In this document: positions 7,057 to 17,720 of the stretch, piece by piece
Position numbering within the stretch: the first letter of the stretch is position 1
How the letters are laid out: every line of letters begins with the position of its first letter
Assembly (NCBI GenBank): GCA_963699145.1
Contig: OY969416.1
Coordinates: 986,226 to 1,050,225 of the forward strand
Length of the DNA stretch: 64,000 nucleotides
DNA from: an uncultured Verrucomicrobiae bacterium
GTDB taxonomy: Bacteria; Verrucomicrobiota; Verrucomicrobiia; Limisphaerales; DASXHY01
Direction: 5' to 3'
Notes under the pieces: generated by a model
The model's input: the letters and a program-made list of their open reading frames with translations, nothing else
Databases searched by the model: none
What the model was told of the DNA's origin: nothing
Made by a program: the position numbers and the translations under genes

Positions 7057-10000
7057 GTGAATGTGCATTGTCGTACCGTCGTAAAATATTCATTAACAAC
7101 TATTTTTGCCGCGTTCGTTTTCCTCATCGGTTTATCGGTGAATAGCCGCGCTGCCGATTTGGTGGTCAGCAATAATGCGATCATTAACATCTTCGGCGAT
7201 TCGCAATTTACTGATAGCACTGCTCCCAGCACTGGGTTTCGGTTTCCTGATTTTCTGGAATCCTATTTTCAATTGAATTATCCGACCTCCCACATTCACG
7301 TGTATAACATCAGCCGATCGGGGGGGACGATGGATGACCGACTGACGAATAGCGTGCAGAAAAACGGCTTGGGATTGTGGGGATATCAATTCAACAACTT
7401 TCAGCACATCGGAATTTCGGAGTCGACGGAGAATGGCTCGCTGACCAGTAATCAAATGTACCTGGCGCAGAGCAATCTTTTTATGGCTCCGGCGTTGATG
7501 AGTGATGGAGGTCCAAATTTAGTGGCCCATAGTGGATGGGCGGCAAATCATCCGGTTCAGTGGATTGGGCTGGGCCAGATTCCCGGAGGCGCGTTGGGTG
7601 ATTTGGGCGCACAGGCGGTCAATGACGGAGGCACCAACGCCGGGTGGACATTGGGAGTTCGCGGAGTAGATGATTGGCATTGTCTCTTGCAACCGGAAAT
7701 CAACGATTACGTCAACAATGGAGGTTTATCCGCCGGATGGTTTAAAGGAGGGCATCCCGGCGCGGGCATGGAACTGGCGATGGCGTTTGTCTTTTTGAGA
7801 CAAATCACCACGGACACGAATATCTCGACGGCCGCGGTGGATTGGAACAGCGCGACTGCGGTGAGCACCAATCATTGCGTCATTTCCTCGGTCAACCGGA
7901 ATGGAAATGTGCTGACGTTCAATCGCCTCGATGACCGGCTGCCGATGGCGTGGGATATCAATCCGTTGATGGGCATTACGAACGATTGCATGCAGGCGTT
8001 CGTGTTGGATCCAACCTTTGCGGACATGTTCAAGTTCACCATCCGGGTGGCCAATCTCCCGGCCGGACAATATGCGGTGCTTATCGATGGACAATTGGCC
8101 GGCGTGGTTGCGGATACGGTTCTTTCCAGCGCGAACGGGTGGAATATGTTTACGAACATCAGCGGCCCGTATTGGGCGCAGCGCACGGAAGTGTTGGGAC
8201 GCATCCGCGACAAGGAGCACGTGGATCGATATACGCGTGTTCCCGGCAGTGCGGGAGATCAGCAGGGAATGGTCAGCTATGGGTCCTATGCCAATGCGTA
8301 TTGGAGCACCAACGGCCGTGGCGATGCGTTGATCAATCTTCTCTCGAGCCGGGTGGCGAACGTGATGGCGCTGGACGCGCTCACGGCGCAGGCCGCGCAG
8401 CCGACGAATCACACGTTCACCATCATGCCGTTCGCGCCGACGGCGATCGTCAAAGCGTCAGCGTTGGTTAACGCGCTGAATGTGCCGGTCATTCTCGACG
8501 GCTCGGCCAGCGTCAAGGCGACGAATTATTATTGGGAACAAGTCAGTCCCACGCTGCCGCAACTGGATATGATTGGCCAGGGCACGGCCAAGCCGATGTT
8601 GATCTCGGTGACCAATGCCGGCACTTACACCTTCCGCCTGACGGTGGATGACGGGCAAACCTTGAGTTCGAACCAGGTGACCTTGACCTTTGTGCCGCCG
8701 GCCGGCCGAACGATTTTCGTGGACGGCCAGCTGGCGGCGAATTGCCTGAACAATAACTATTCGATCGCGAATCGCAACGCCAGTGGCTCGGATGGCAACG
8801 CTTACACGACCATTCAAGCGGCCGCCAACGCGACCAGGCCGGGCGATGTGGTCTATATTCGCGGCGGGCTTTATACGAACGCGCCGGCCACGGCGAATCA
8901 GAATCTGGTGATGTTGACGGTTTCCGGAACGGCCACGGCGCCGATTCGATACGAGAATTATAATGGCGAACACGTGACTCTGGCGGGGTGGGGCTTCTCC
9001 GATGTCGATACGAACGGCGACGGCTTTGCCGACGGGCCTACCTATCCGGCGTGGCGGCAGACTTTGTTCTTCGTTCCCTATGGAATCGATTATATCCAGG
9101 TCAAAGGCCTCGAACTGACGAACTCGCAACAGACGGGGTTAAACGTTGAAGGCCGCTTCTGCTTCGCGCAGGAATGCAGCTCCCATGACAATTGGACAGC
9201 CGGCGCAGCCATCACGCGCGCCCGGCTCGGGACGAACACGATTTGCGGCACGGTTTTCCGCTGGATGGAGGCTTATCGGAATCGTCATTTCGATGGACTT
9301 TGCTTTGAGTTGGAGGATCAACAAACCTTTGGTTTCATGTCGGATTGCGCGATTGTGGATTCGGTTTCTTATCGAAATGGTTACCAGCCGGACGGCCGCG
9401 AAGTCATGCCGATCGGTGGCGATCCGCAAGGTGGCGGCAATTCGGATGGATTGGGAGCGACGAAGTTTTTTGCCGACGACGCCAGCTTTTCTCCTCAATA
9501 TGGCGTGCGCAACTGGGGCACAAACCTTTTCATTATTCGCAATATCTTGTTCAATAACTGTGATGACGGCTGCGATATTTCTTGTGCGGCATCTCTGGTG
9601 GAAGATAACCGCTCTCTGTTTAACGGCCCTACCGGCACCATGGGCTACAAAATCTTTCGCCCGACACAGAACATGATTTATCGTGGCAATGTCGCCTACG
9701 GGAACATGGGGCGTGGATTTGAGATGCGAATCGACACGAACGCCTACATACAGGTCTACAACAACACGTCACTGAAAAACCAGGAGCATGGGTTTTACAT
9801 CGCGGGCACCGATGCCCGGGGGACAAATAATGTGGCCGCTTACAATGGCGGCCCGGACTGGCCGCTGACTCAATCTCCCAATTGGGCCGCTGATGGCGGC
9901 AACGCGACCGCCGGAATGTCGGGAAACCCGATGCTGCTGAACACAAATGTGTCTCTCTCGAGTGCTTTTGTGCCGACCTGGACGGTGCGCCAAAAGCACG

Positions 10001-10251
10001 ATTACCTGGAGGGACAGATTCGGCAGGCGCTCTCTCCCGCAGTGGGTAGTCCGTTGCTGGGCGCGGGCGTTTTCATTCAAAGCTACCATTGCCCGCGCGC
10101 AGACAATGATCCGAATTCCCCGATGCTGCTGAGCGCTCCGGGACGGCACTGGAAGCAGCCGGCGCCGAATTTGGGCGCGTTGGATCTGCAGACGACGACT
10201 GGCACTCCCAAACCCCCGACGCCGACCATTAATAGCCTGACGAATTTGTAA
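7057..10251 (+). CDS. Large secreted multidomain protein: SGNH-like N-domain, PKD/Ig-like domain and right-handed parallel beta-helix (pectate-lyase-fold) domain
   Basis: ORF 6919..10251. In-frame GTG 7057/7063 gives a plausible signal peptide (..KYSLTTIFAAFVFLIGLSVNSRA/ADL). NIFGDSQFTDS is GDS-like. ILDGSAS...TYTFRLTVDDGQTLSSNQVTLTFV is PKD-like. FVDG...GSDGNAYTTIQAAANATRPGDVVYIRGGLYT followed by repeated N-rich turns (YNNTSLKNQEHGFYI) is beta-helix-like. Confidence 0.75.
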   Translation: MNVHCRTVVKYSLTTIFAAFVFLIGLSVNSRAADLVVSNNAIINIFGDSQFTDSTAPSTGFRFPDFLESYFQLNYPTSHIHVYNISRSGGTMDDRLTNSVQKNGLGLWGYQFNNFQHIGISESTENGSLTSNQMYLAQSNLFMAPALMSDGGPNLVAHSGWAANHPVQWIGLGQIPGGALGDLGAQAVNDGGTNAGWTLGVRGVDDWHCLLQPEINDYVNNGGLSAGWFKGGHPGAGMELAMAFVFLRQITTDTNISTAAVDWNSATAVSTNHCVISSVNRNGNVLTFNRLDDRLPMAWDINPLMGITNDCMQAFVLDPTFADMFKFTIRVANLPAGQYAVLIDGQLAGVVADTVLSSANGWNMFTNISGPYWAQRTEVLGRIRDKEHVDRYTRVPGSAGDQQGMVSYGSYANAYWSTNGRGDALINLLSSRVANVMALDALTAQAAQPTNHTFTIMPFAPTAIVKASALVNALNVPVILDGSASVKATNYYWEQVSPTLPQLDMIGQGTAKPMLISVTNAGTYTFRLTVDDGQTLSSNQVTLTFVPPAGRTIFVDGQLAANCLNNNYSIANRNASGSDGNAYTTIQAAANATRPGDVVYIRGGLYTNAPATANQNLVMLTVSGTATAPIRYENYNGEHVTLAGWGFSDVDTNGDGFADGPTYPAWRQTLFFVPYGIDYIQVKGLELTNSQQTGLNVEGRFCFAQECSSHDNWTAGAAITRARLGTNTICGTVFRWMEAYRNRHFDGLCFELEDQQTFGFMSDCAIVDSVSYRNGYQPDGREVMPIGGDPQGGGNSDGLGATKFFADDASFSPQYGVRNWGTNLFIIRNILFNNCDDGCDISCAASLVEDNRSLFNGPTGTMGYKIFRPTQNMIYRGNVAYGNMGRGFEMRIDTNAYIQVYNNTSLKNQEHGFYIAGTDARGTNNVAAYNGGPDWPLTQSPNWAADGGNATAGMSGNPMLLNTNVSLSSAFVPTWTVRQKHDYLEGQIRQALSPAVGSPLLGAGVFIQSYHCPRADNDPNSPMLLSAPGRHWKQPAPNLGALDLQTTTGTPKPPTPTINSLTNL

Positions 10252-10299
10252 GGCGAACCGGCGGCGGTCGTTCCGGGATCATTCTTTCGGTTGAAAACT

Positions 10300-10320
10300 T
10301 GCGCGCTTAAATAGCGCGCA
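10300..10320 (+). terminator. Hairpin downstream of the large secreted-protein gene (weak terminator candidate)
   Basis: tgcgcgct-taaat-agcgcgca, an 8-bp perfect stem 49 nt after the stop. No U-run follows. Confidence 0.3.
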
Positions 10321-10398
10321 GGCCTCACCCCTTTCAGACAAAAAAGGACGGTTCGTAATCAGTTTGAGCGATGCTCGCTAACCCTAAATAACACCAAT

Positions 10399-11238
10399 AT
10401 GAGTAATAGTTTGAAAAAAATGGTTCCGCGGCCGGTGATTCTTAAGATCAAAAAAGCCCGGGATGATGTGCGCCTGCTTAAATCGGGGAGCTATTATCGG
10501 CGCGGGTTTCAATTCGCCCAGAGTTGGAATCAAGCTTCCGCGGCGGCGCCGCGCGCCGGCATTCAAGCGGCGCCGGTCGCCGGCAATCCTTTGTGGGAGT
10601 ATTTCTCCCAAAATCTAAAAGGGCCGGGCATCTGGAAATGGCATCACTATTTTTCGATTTATCACCAGCATCTCGCGAAGTTCATTGGCAAGCCGGTGAA
10701 AATGCTGGAGATCGGCATTTTCAGCGGTGGCAGTCTGGGGATGTGGAAATCCTATTTCGGCCCGCAATGCCATATTTACGGCGTGGACATTGAAAAAGAC
10801 TGCAAGATGTATGAATCCGAAAAGGTTTCGGTGTTCATTGGCGACCAGGAGGATCCCGCGTTTTGGGACAAGTTCATCAAGGAGGTTGGCGATGTCGACA
10901 TCGTGATTGATGACGGCGGCCATACGCATGGGCAGATGATTGTGACGATGGAGAAGATGCTCCCGCACCTCCGTCCGGGAGGGGTGTTTATTTGCGAGGA
11001 TGTCCAGGGACTCCACCACAAGTTTACGGAATTCGCGTGCGGCATGGTGAGTGAGTTGAATCGTTTGGGGGCAAAAAACCAGGAAACCTTCGCCGCATCC
11101 GGTTTTCAAGCGTTTTGCCACTCGATTCATTTTTATCCAATGGTGACAGTGGTCGAACGAACCGCCCAACCGCGCAATGAATTCTTCTCGATCAGGCGCG
11201 GCACTGAATGGCAGCCGTTTTACAAGAAATACGAATAA
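10399..11238 (+). CDS. Class I SAM-dependent methyltransferase (CmcI/cephalosporin-hydroxylase-like family)
   Basis: GIWKWHHYFSIYHQHL..KPVKMLEIGIFSGGSLGMW....IYGVDI....IVIDDGGH is the SAM-binding Rossmann pattern typical of sugar O-methyltransferases in polysaccharide loci. Confidence 0.7.
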   Translation: MSNSLKKMVPRPVILKIKKARDDVRLLKSGSYYRRGFQFAQSWNQASAAAPRAGIQAAPVAGNPLWEYFSQNLKGPGIWKWHHYFSIYHQHLAKFIGKPVKMLEIGIFSGGSLGMWKSYFGPQCHIYGVDIEKDCKMYESEKVSVFIGDQEDPAFWDKFIKEVGDVDIVIDDGGHTHGQMIVTMEKMLPHLRPGGVFICEDVQGLHHKFTEFACGMVSELNRLGAKNQETFAASGFQAFCHSIHFYPMVTVVERTAQPRNEFFSIRRGTEWQPFYKKYE

Positions 11239-11262
11239 TGGCCGGTGGTTGGAGAATGAGTC

Positions 11263-12450
11263 ATGCCTTCAGCGCAAATAACTGAACCGCGATCGCAGGT
11301 CGGGCAGAAGCCTGCTCCGGTGGTTTTATTGGGGAAGTACGACCCCAAGGCGCTGGACGGGGAAATCATGACGGTGGTGGGCCAGGCGGATGGCCTGCAT
11401 AATGCCGGCGTCCAGGTGGAGGTCTGGTCGTTCTCTCGATTCAACTCGGAGCCGAAACATTCCACGACGCGGACCGGGGCGGATATCTGGGAATTGCCGC
11501 TGTTCCGGCAAAAAGTCGTGTCGATCTGGACCATGCCGCGCAACACGCGCCGATGGATCGAAAGCCGGCTGGGTGAAATTCAGATGTTCCATTGCCATGG
11601 CGTCTTTTCGCCGATTCACAACCAGTTGGCGAAATTCGGGAAACCATACGTCGTGACGCCGAACGGGGGATGGTCAAAGGATGTGTTCAACGGAAGAAAC
11701 CGGCTGGCGAAACGTGTCTGGACGCAGGTGAGCGAGAAACAGTTCTGGGCGGGCGCGAAATTTGTGCAGGCAGTCAGCCACGGCGAGCAGCAGCAATTGA
11801 AGGACTTGCCCGGGATCGCGCGCATTGAACAAATTCCCAACGGCGTTGATTTGCCGGCGTTAAATTTCGTGGTGGAGAGGGATGTGTGGGTGTTCATGGG
11901 CCGATTGGCTATTGATCACAAAGGCCTGGATCGCATGGTGCGCTCGTACTCCCTTTGTCGGAAAAAAGGCGTGTCGCTCCCGAAGCTGGTGCTGGCCGGG
12001 CCGGATTTTCGCGGCGGCCGTCAGTTTCTGATCGATTTGATCGCCGCCCACGGTTTGGAAAAGGACATTGAATTGCCGGGGCCGGTGAAAGGGAAGGAAA
12101 AGGAGGCGCTGTTAAGCCGGGCGTCATTGTTTCTCCATACGTCGCGCTGGGAAGGTTTGCCGCTTTCGATGCTGGAGGCGATGGCTTACGGCGTGCCGTG
12201 TTTCGTGACGCAAGGCACGAATTTCACGGATATCATCAAGGAAACGGCGACTGGATATTGCGCGGGCGAAAGCGATGAGGAAATTGCGTCCGCGATGGCG
12301 GCGGTGGAGAGCCAGGCGAGTTCGCAAATGGGAATGCGCGCGCGGCAATTGGTCGAGAAGGAATATACGTGGCAACGGGTTTCGGAGCGATTGGTGCAAG
12401 CTTATGAACGCTCTTGTGGGGCGAAGTTTACGACGAAGCGGATCGGCTGA
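11263..12450 (+). CDS. Glycosyltransferase, GT-B fold (GT4-like)
   Basis: C-terminal EX7E-type signature: LHTSRWEGLPLSMLEAMAYGVPCFVT. Confidence 0.85.
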   Translation: MPSAQITEPRSQVGQKPAPVVLLGKYDPKALDGEIMTVVGQADGLHNAGVQVEVWSFSRFNSEPKHSTTRTGADIWELPLFRQKVVSIWTMPRNTRRWIESRLGEIQMFHCHGVFSPIHNQLAKFGKPYVVTPNGGWSKDVFNGRNRLAKRVWTQVSEKQFWAGAKFVQAVSHGEQQQLKDLPGIARIEQIPNGVDLPALNFVVERDVWVFMGRLAIDHKGLDRMVRSYSLCRKKGVSLPKLVLAGPDFRGGRQFLIDLIAAHGLEKDIELPGPVKGKEKEALLSRASLFLHTSRWEGLPLSMLEAMAYGVPCFVTQGTNFTDIIKETATGYCAGESDEEIASAMAAVESQASSQMGMRARQLVEKEYTWQRVSERLVQAYERSCGAKFTTKRIG

Positions 12451-12452
12451 CG

Positions 12453-13262
12453 ATGAATTCCAGAACCATCAGTCAACAGCGCGGAACCTTTTTTTCCGAA
12501 CGCCATCCATTTAGGGATGCGAGCCGGTCGCGGATCAAAGGGGCCATGGGAGACGTCACGGCCATTGTAACCGCCATGACGGATAGCGAGCGGCCGTATT
12601 TGCGGGCGTGCCTTGAGGCCGTTCTTAGCGAGCCGGAAATAGTCCGGGTGATGATTTGCGTCCTGGATGCGAACATGTGGATCGAGGAAGTGTTGGAAAC
12701 CGTCGGCGCGGATTCGCGGATTCAAATTCTCCGGATGTCCATCGACCCTCCGGGTGCCGTGCGTAACGAAGCCGTGAAGCATGTCGAAACCGAGTGGATT
12801 GCGTTTTGCGACGGCGATGATGTTTGGTGCAAAGGCAAGACGGCCATCCAGCGCGCCTATGCCGCGGAACACAATGCCGATTTTGTGGCCAGCGACCATT
12901 TTCTCACGGACGAGGCGGGGCGCATTCGGGCCGTGGCGCTCGCGAAGTATTTGCCGATGCTTTCCACGTGGATGATTCGCACGAGCGTGATGCAGCAGTA
13001 TCCGTTCAAGGATGTCCAATGGGAAGATCACGAATGGTGGTTTGATACGAAGGAAACGGTGAAGAAGGATCGGTGCCCGAAATTGCTGTTGCGGTATCGC
13101 GTCCGGCCGGTGAGTTACAGCACGGCAGAACCCTCCAAGGCGCGGAAAGCGCGCTTCGTCGCATGGGGCAGCAAGCCGGTGATTGGTTGGTGCGTGTTCA
13201 TTTTGACTGGTTGCCTGTGGCTTTTCAATCGCAGCCGGTCGTATCGCCCGCTGCTGAAGTAG
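12453..13262 (+). CDS. Glycosyltransferase family 2 (GT-A) with C-terminal TM segment
   Basis: VTAIVTAMTDSERPYLRACLEAVL ... AVRNEAVKHVETEWIAFCDGDDVW (DxD). ATG 12453 follows the previous stop by 2 nt, and the ORF-track start 12414 overlaps the upstream gene. Confidence 0.8.
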   Translation: MNSRTISQQRGTFFSERHPFRDASRSRIKGAMGDVTAIVTAMTDSERPYLRACLEAVLSEPEIVRVMICVLDANMWIEEVLETVGADSRIQILRMSIDPPGAVRNEAVKHVETEWIAFCDGDDVWCKGKTAIQRAYAAEHNADFVASDHFLTDEAGRIRAVALAKYLPMLSTWMIRTSVMQQYPFKDVQWEDHEWWFDTKETVKKDRCPKLLLRYRVRPVSYSTAEPSKARKARFVAWGSKPVIGWCVFILTGCLWLFNRSRSYRPLLK

Positions 13263-13309
13263 CGGCGCGTGTTATTTAGTGCGAGACGGTTTGGCCGGAA
13301 ATTTCTTCC

Positions 13310-14560
13310 ATGAATTCAGTAAGCATGCGACCCAAGGTCATGGTCACTTCCTTCACCTGCAAGGCGAACGGAAAGTCCGAGACCTATGTCGGCTATAAAT
13401 GGCTGGAGCAGATCGCGCGTTTTTGCGACACGACGCTGATCACGGCTGACGACGAAGCGATTTCCCCGAATTGGAAGAAAATTCAAACCTGGCGCCAGGT
13501 CCGGCACACCAACAAATTGATCCGCCGTTTGAATGGCGAGGTCCCGTTGGATTATTTCCGGTTCAATCACCAGAACGGGCGACAATTCAAGCATTCGATC
13601 GCGGAATACGACCTGGTGCATCACGTGGTCCCGGTGGCGCCGCGTTATCCGAACGCCCTCGGTTGCATGGCCAAAAAATTCATTCTCGGCCCCACGGGCG
13701 GCGGTCTCAAGGTGCCGGATAGTTTTCGCAAGGAAGTCGAAGGCCACGAGGAATGGTTTCTCAAGCTGCGGATGTTCGATCGCGCGCGGTTTGATTGGGA
13801 TCCGTTCCTGCGCCGCACTTACAACGCCGCCGACCTGATTCTGTTGGTGGGCTCCTACATGTATGATCTGCTCCCCGAGCGCTATCATCACAAATGCAAG
13901 GTCATGCTTGAAGTTGGCGTGGAGGTGAACGAATACAAGTCCACGCGGCCCTTGTCCGCTGATAACCGCCAGCCATTGAAGCTGCTTTATGCCGGACGCA
14001 TCGTTCCTTACAAAGGATTGATTTACGCGTTGCGCGCGCTGGAACGTTTGCCGGCGGAAGCAAAAAGCAAAATTGAATTTACGGTTATTGGGGATCGCGG
14101 GGAGACTGGCTACGAACAGGCCTGCAAGGATTTTGTGAAGAGCCACGGATTGGAAAAGATCGTCACGTTCCTGCCGTTCAAGCCCAAGCACGAAATTTTG
14201 GCGTATTACGACGCGAGCGATATGTTCGTGTTCCCCAGCCTGGCGGAAGCGGGCGGAACGGTGGTGTTGGAAACCATGGCGATGTCGCGCCCCATTTTGG
14301 CCGTGCGCCGCGGCGGTCCTGCGGAGACCGTTCCGCCGGAAGCCGGGTTTCTGATCGACCCGCGCAATCCGGAATATCTGGTGGAGCAAATGAAGGAAAC
14401 CTTTTTGCAAGTGCTGGCGGACCGCGAGTTGATCGTCGCGAAAGGCGCGGGCGCGCGGAAAGTGGTGGAGGAGCGTTTTGATTGGAAGAAAAAAGGCGAA
14501 GCGCTGATGGCAATTTACGAGCAGGTGCTGGGCAGGCGCGTTCTCCAGGAAGTTCAATAG
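13310..14560 (+). CDS. Glycosyltransferase, GT-B fold (GT4-like)
   Basis: LLYAGRIVPYKGL ... MFVFPSLAEAGGTVVLETMAMSRPILAVRRGGPAETV. Confidence 0.85.
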   Translation: MNSVSMRPKVMVTSFTCKANGKSETYVGYKWLEQIARFCDTTLITADDEAISPNWKKIQTWRQVRHTNKLIRRLNGEVPLDYFRFNHQNGRQFKHSIAEYDLVHHVVPVAPRYPNALGCMAKKFILGPTGGGLKVPDSFRKEVEGHEEWFLKLRMFDRARFDWDPFLRRTYNAADLILLVGSYMYDLLPERYHHKCKVMLEVGVEVNEYKSTRPLSADNRQPLKLLYAGRIVPYKGLIYALRALERLPAEAKSKIEFTVIGDRGETGYEQACKDFVKSHGLEKIVTFLPFKPKHEILAYYDASDMFVFPSLAEAGGTVVLETMAMSRPILAVRRGGPAETVPPEAGFLIDPRNPEYLVEQMKETFLQVLADRELIVAKGAGARKVVEERFDWKKKGEALMAIYEQVLGRRVLQEVQ

Positions 14561-14567
14561 ATTTAAC

Positions 14568-15764
14568 ATGAGTCGTTCCATTCCCACGGTGGTGATTGTG
14601 CGCGATCGCGCGAGCTCCGGCGGTGGCATTTATAATTATTACAAGTCGGTCACGCCGCACTTGAAGAGCCGCGTGGTGCTGTGTGATTCCGGCAAGCCCT
14701 ACGTTTTTTATGGCGACCACAAGGGGTTCGGCGCGCGGTTGTTGGATATCACTCCGCTCCGGCTGATGCTCGACTGGTCGCGATTGGCTCTGAAGATTCT
14801 CCGTTACTGGCCGGATGTGGTGCTGCTCAACCCCTGCCTGGATCCTCCGACTTACAGGTCACTGCGCCGCGACGCGGTGAATATAGAAATTGCGCGATTT
14901 TTTCGCCGGCGCGTGTTGAGTTTCTGGCGCGGTTGGGAAAATGCCTACTCGGGCCAGCCGGAATTTCCCGGCGGCAACCAGAGCAGCTTATGCCGCATTT
15001 ATCAGAAGGCGGACGAGCACCTCGTGCTCTCGGAGCGGTTCCGGCAGGATTTGCTGCGTTGGAATTTCAAAACGCCGGTCCAGGTGGAAACAACCGTGGT
15101 CGAAGACCAATGCCTCAACGGCGCGCCCAATCCGCCCGCGCCCGGCAAGGCTCGCACGAATCTGTTGTATCTCTCGCGCGTGGAAGTGGCGAAGGGCGTG
15201 TGGGAATTGCTCGACGCCTTCAAGATTCTCAAGAGCCGCAATCCGGCCTACACGCTGACGATCGGCGGCGACGGTCCGGATCTCGAAGCGCTCAAGGCCT
15301 ACGCGAAGGAATTGAATTTGTCGGATGTGACTTTCACCGGTTTTCTCAAAGGTCAGGCGAAAGTCGATTGTTACCGCGAGGGCAGCGTGTTTTGTTTCCT
15401 GAGCTACACCGAAGGCATGCCGAACGCCGTGCTGGAAGCGCTGGCGATGGGTTTGCCGATCGTGTCGAGCGACGCGGGCGGGTTGCGGGATATTCTCCGC
15501 GACCGCGAAAATGGGTTCATCGTGCTGCCCGATCACAACGCGCCCGCGAAGAAAAAATTCGATCCGCAGGCGGTGGCGGATGCGATTGAAAAACTGGTCG
15601 CGACGCCCGAATTGCACGAACGCATCAGCACGATCAACTGGCGTTACGCGCGGCAACGGTTTGCTGCGCCGGTGGTGGCCAAGCGGTTGGAAGGGCTCTG
15701 TTGCGGGCTCATGTCCCCAGAGTTTGCGCAAACCAAAACTACCAAACCTGTATGTGCGGAATAG
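14568..15764 (+). CDS. Glycosyltransferase, GT-B fold (GT4-like)
   Basis: LLYLSRVEVAKGV ... VFCFLSYTEGMPNAVLEALAMGLPIVSSDAGGLRDIL. Confidence 0.85.
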   Translation: MSRSIPTVVIVRDRASSGGGIYNYYKSVTPHLKSRVVLCDSGKPYVFYGDHKGFGARLLDITPLRLMLDWSRLALKILRYWPDVVLLNPCLDPPTYRSLRRDAVNIEIARFFRRRVLSFWRGWENAYSGQPEFPGGNQSSLCRIYQKADEHLVLSERFRQDLLRWNFKTPVQVETTVVEDQCLNGAPNPPAPGKARTNLLYLSRVEVAKGVWELLDAFKILKSRNPAYTLTIGGDGPDLEALKAYAKELNLSDVTFTGFLKGQAKVDCYREGSVFCFLSYTEGMPNAVLEALAMGLPIVSSDAGGLRDILRDRENGFIVLPDHNAPAKKKFDPQAVADAIEKLVATPELHERISTINWRYARQRFAAPVVAKRLEGLCCGLMSPEFAQTKTTKPVCAE

Positions 15765-17680
15765 CCGGTCTCTGGTTTGCGAAAGGTGAGGGTCGCGAGC
15801 GTTTGGAGTCGAGCGCGCGGGCCATGGGCGGAGCGATGAGCCATCGCGGCCCCGACGCAGAGGGGATTTGGGCTGATGTCCCGCGCGGACTGGCGCTGAC
15901 GCATCGGCGGTTGTCCATTCTCGATTTGACGGAAGCCGGCGCGCAACCCATGCATTCGCACTGCGGACGTTACGTGATTGTTTACAACGGCGAATGCTAC
16001 AATTTTTCGGAACTACGCAATCAACTCATCGCGGTCGGGTGCACCTTTCGCGGGGGCAGCGATACGGAAGTTATTGTCGAGAGTTGCGCGCGTTACGGAG
16101 TCAAGAAGACGCTCGAGCATCTGAACGGCATGTTTGCATTCGCGGTTTACGACAAAGAGACCGGCGAACTGACGCTCGCGCGGGATCGCATCGGCATCAA
16201 GCCGCTCTTTTACGGCTGGTTCGGCGGCACCTTCTGGTTCGGCTCGGAACTGAAAGCGTTGCGGGCGATCAAGGAATTCAAACCGGAATTGAACATCGAC
16301 AGCGTTGGGCAGTTTCTCAAATACGGTTACATTCCGGCGCCACATTCGGTGTTCAAGGGAATTTATAAATTGCCCGCGGCCAATCTTTTGACGATGAAAT
16401 CGGCCTCGGAAAAGGTGTCGCCGGAGTGTTACTGGTGCCTGGTGCGCGATTTCGGGCGGGACGGCGCGCACACGTTCAAGGGCTCTTACGAAGAGGCGCA
16501 GGAGCAACTGGACCAGATGCTGCGCAAATCGGTGCGCAACCAAATGGTGGCCGACGTGCCGCTCGGCGCGTTTCTATCCGGTGGAATCGACTCCTCGACC
16601 GTCGTGGCAATGATGCAGGCGCAGTCGAGCCGGCCGGTGAAGACGTTTACGATTGGATTCGAAGAGGCGGGTTTCAACGAGGCCGAATACGCACGTGAAG
16701 TGGCGCGTCATCTCAAAACGGATCATACGGACCTGGTGCTGACGGCGGGAGAGGCGCAGGCGGTTATTCCGATGCTGGGCCACATGTTTGACGAGCCGTT
16801 TGCGGATGCCTCGCAAATCCCGACGTTCGCGGTTTCGCGGCTGGCGCGCAAGCATGTGACCGTGAGCCTTTCGGGCGATGGCGGCGATGAAATGTTCGCC
16901 GGCTACAAACATTACACAGTGTCGGCGGACCGGTTGAATCGGATGAACAAGATTCCGTCGGTCGTCCGCAATCTGGCCGCTGGCAGCGCGCAGATGATTT
17001 CGGAGCTGGGTTGGGATCGTCTCTTCAGCGTCATTCCGAAAAGCGGCGGCGCGCTTTCCGGATTCAAGATTCACAAATATGCATCGTTGCTGGGCCAGGA
17101 GGATGCGATGTCGCAGTATGACGTGATCAATTCCCGCTGGTTCGCTCCCGAGACAGTGGTGCGCGGACTTTCAAATGAGATGGGTTACGGAATCGGCCAC
17201 GCCAGCGCTGCCGGGCTCGATCTGATTGAGTTCATGGCGGTGGCGGACCTGAATCAATATCTGCCCGAAGATATTCTCGTGAAATTGGACCGCACCAGCA
17301 TGGCGGTGAGCCTCGAATCGCGCGTGCCGTTGCTGGATCACGAGGTGGTGGCATTCGCGCTGAGTTTGCCGCTTTCGTATAAGCGTTCGAACGGCACGGG
17401 CAAAATTATTTTGCGCCGCGTGCTGGAGAAATATGTGCCGCGAGAAATGATTGACCGCCCGAAGAAGGGATTCTCCGTGCCAGTGGCTGCGTGGATTCGC
17501 GGTCCGCTGCGCGATTGGGCGGAGTCACTGCTGCAGCAGGGCCGGACGCAGCACGGCGGCATTTTCGACCAGGAAGTTATTGAGGCAAAATGGCAGGAAC
17601 ATCTGGCGGGCCGCCGGGACAACTCGGAACTCTTGTGGCCGGTGTTGATGTTCGGAGCATGGGCGGAAGAGTGGTTGTAA
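15752..17680 (+). CDS. asnB: Asparagine synthase (glutamine-hydrolysing) family amidotransferase, EPS-locus type
   Basis: Canonical MCGIAGLW N-terminal nucleophile start at ATG 15752 (ORF-track start 15701 is upstream in frame). PP-loop [11 protein letters not shown]. Overlaps the previous gene's stop. Confidence 0.9.
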   Translation: MCGIAGLWFAKGEGRERLESSARAMGGAMSHRGPDAEGIWADVPRGLALTHRRLSILDLTEAGAQPMHSHCGRYVIVYNGECYNFSELRNQLIAVGCTFRGGSDTEVIVESCARYGVKKTLEHLNGMFAFAVYDKETGELTLARDRIGIKPLFYGWFGGTFWFGSELKALRAIKEFKPELNIDSVGQFLKYGYIPAPHSVFKGIYKLPAANLLTMKSASEKVSPECYWCLVRDFGRDGAHTFKGSYEEAQEQLDQMLRKSVRNQMVADVPLGAFLSGGIDSSTVVAMMQAQSSRPVKTFTIGFEEAGFNEAEYAREVARHLKTDHTDLVLTAGEAQAVIPMLGHMFDEPFADASQIPTFAVSRLARKHVTVSLSGDGGDEMFAGYKHYTVSADRLNRMNKIPSVVRNLAAGSAQMISELGWDRLFSVIPKSGGALSGFKIHKYASLLGQEDAMSQYDVINSRWFAPETVVRGLSNEMGYGIGHASAAGLDLIEFMAVADLNQYLPEDILVKLDRTSMAVSLESRVPLLDHEVVAFALSLPLSYKRSNGTGKIILRRVLEKYVPREMIDRPKKGFSVPVAAWIRGPLRDWAESLLQQGRTQHGGIFDQEVIEAKWQEHLAGRRDNSELLWPVLMFGAWAEEWL

Positions 17681-17720
17681 GCCGACGGTTGAGCCTTCTC
17701 TGCAATTGATAAACAAACAT

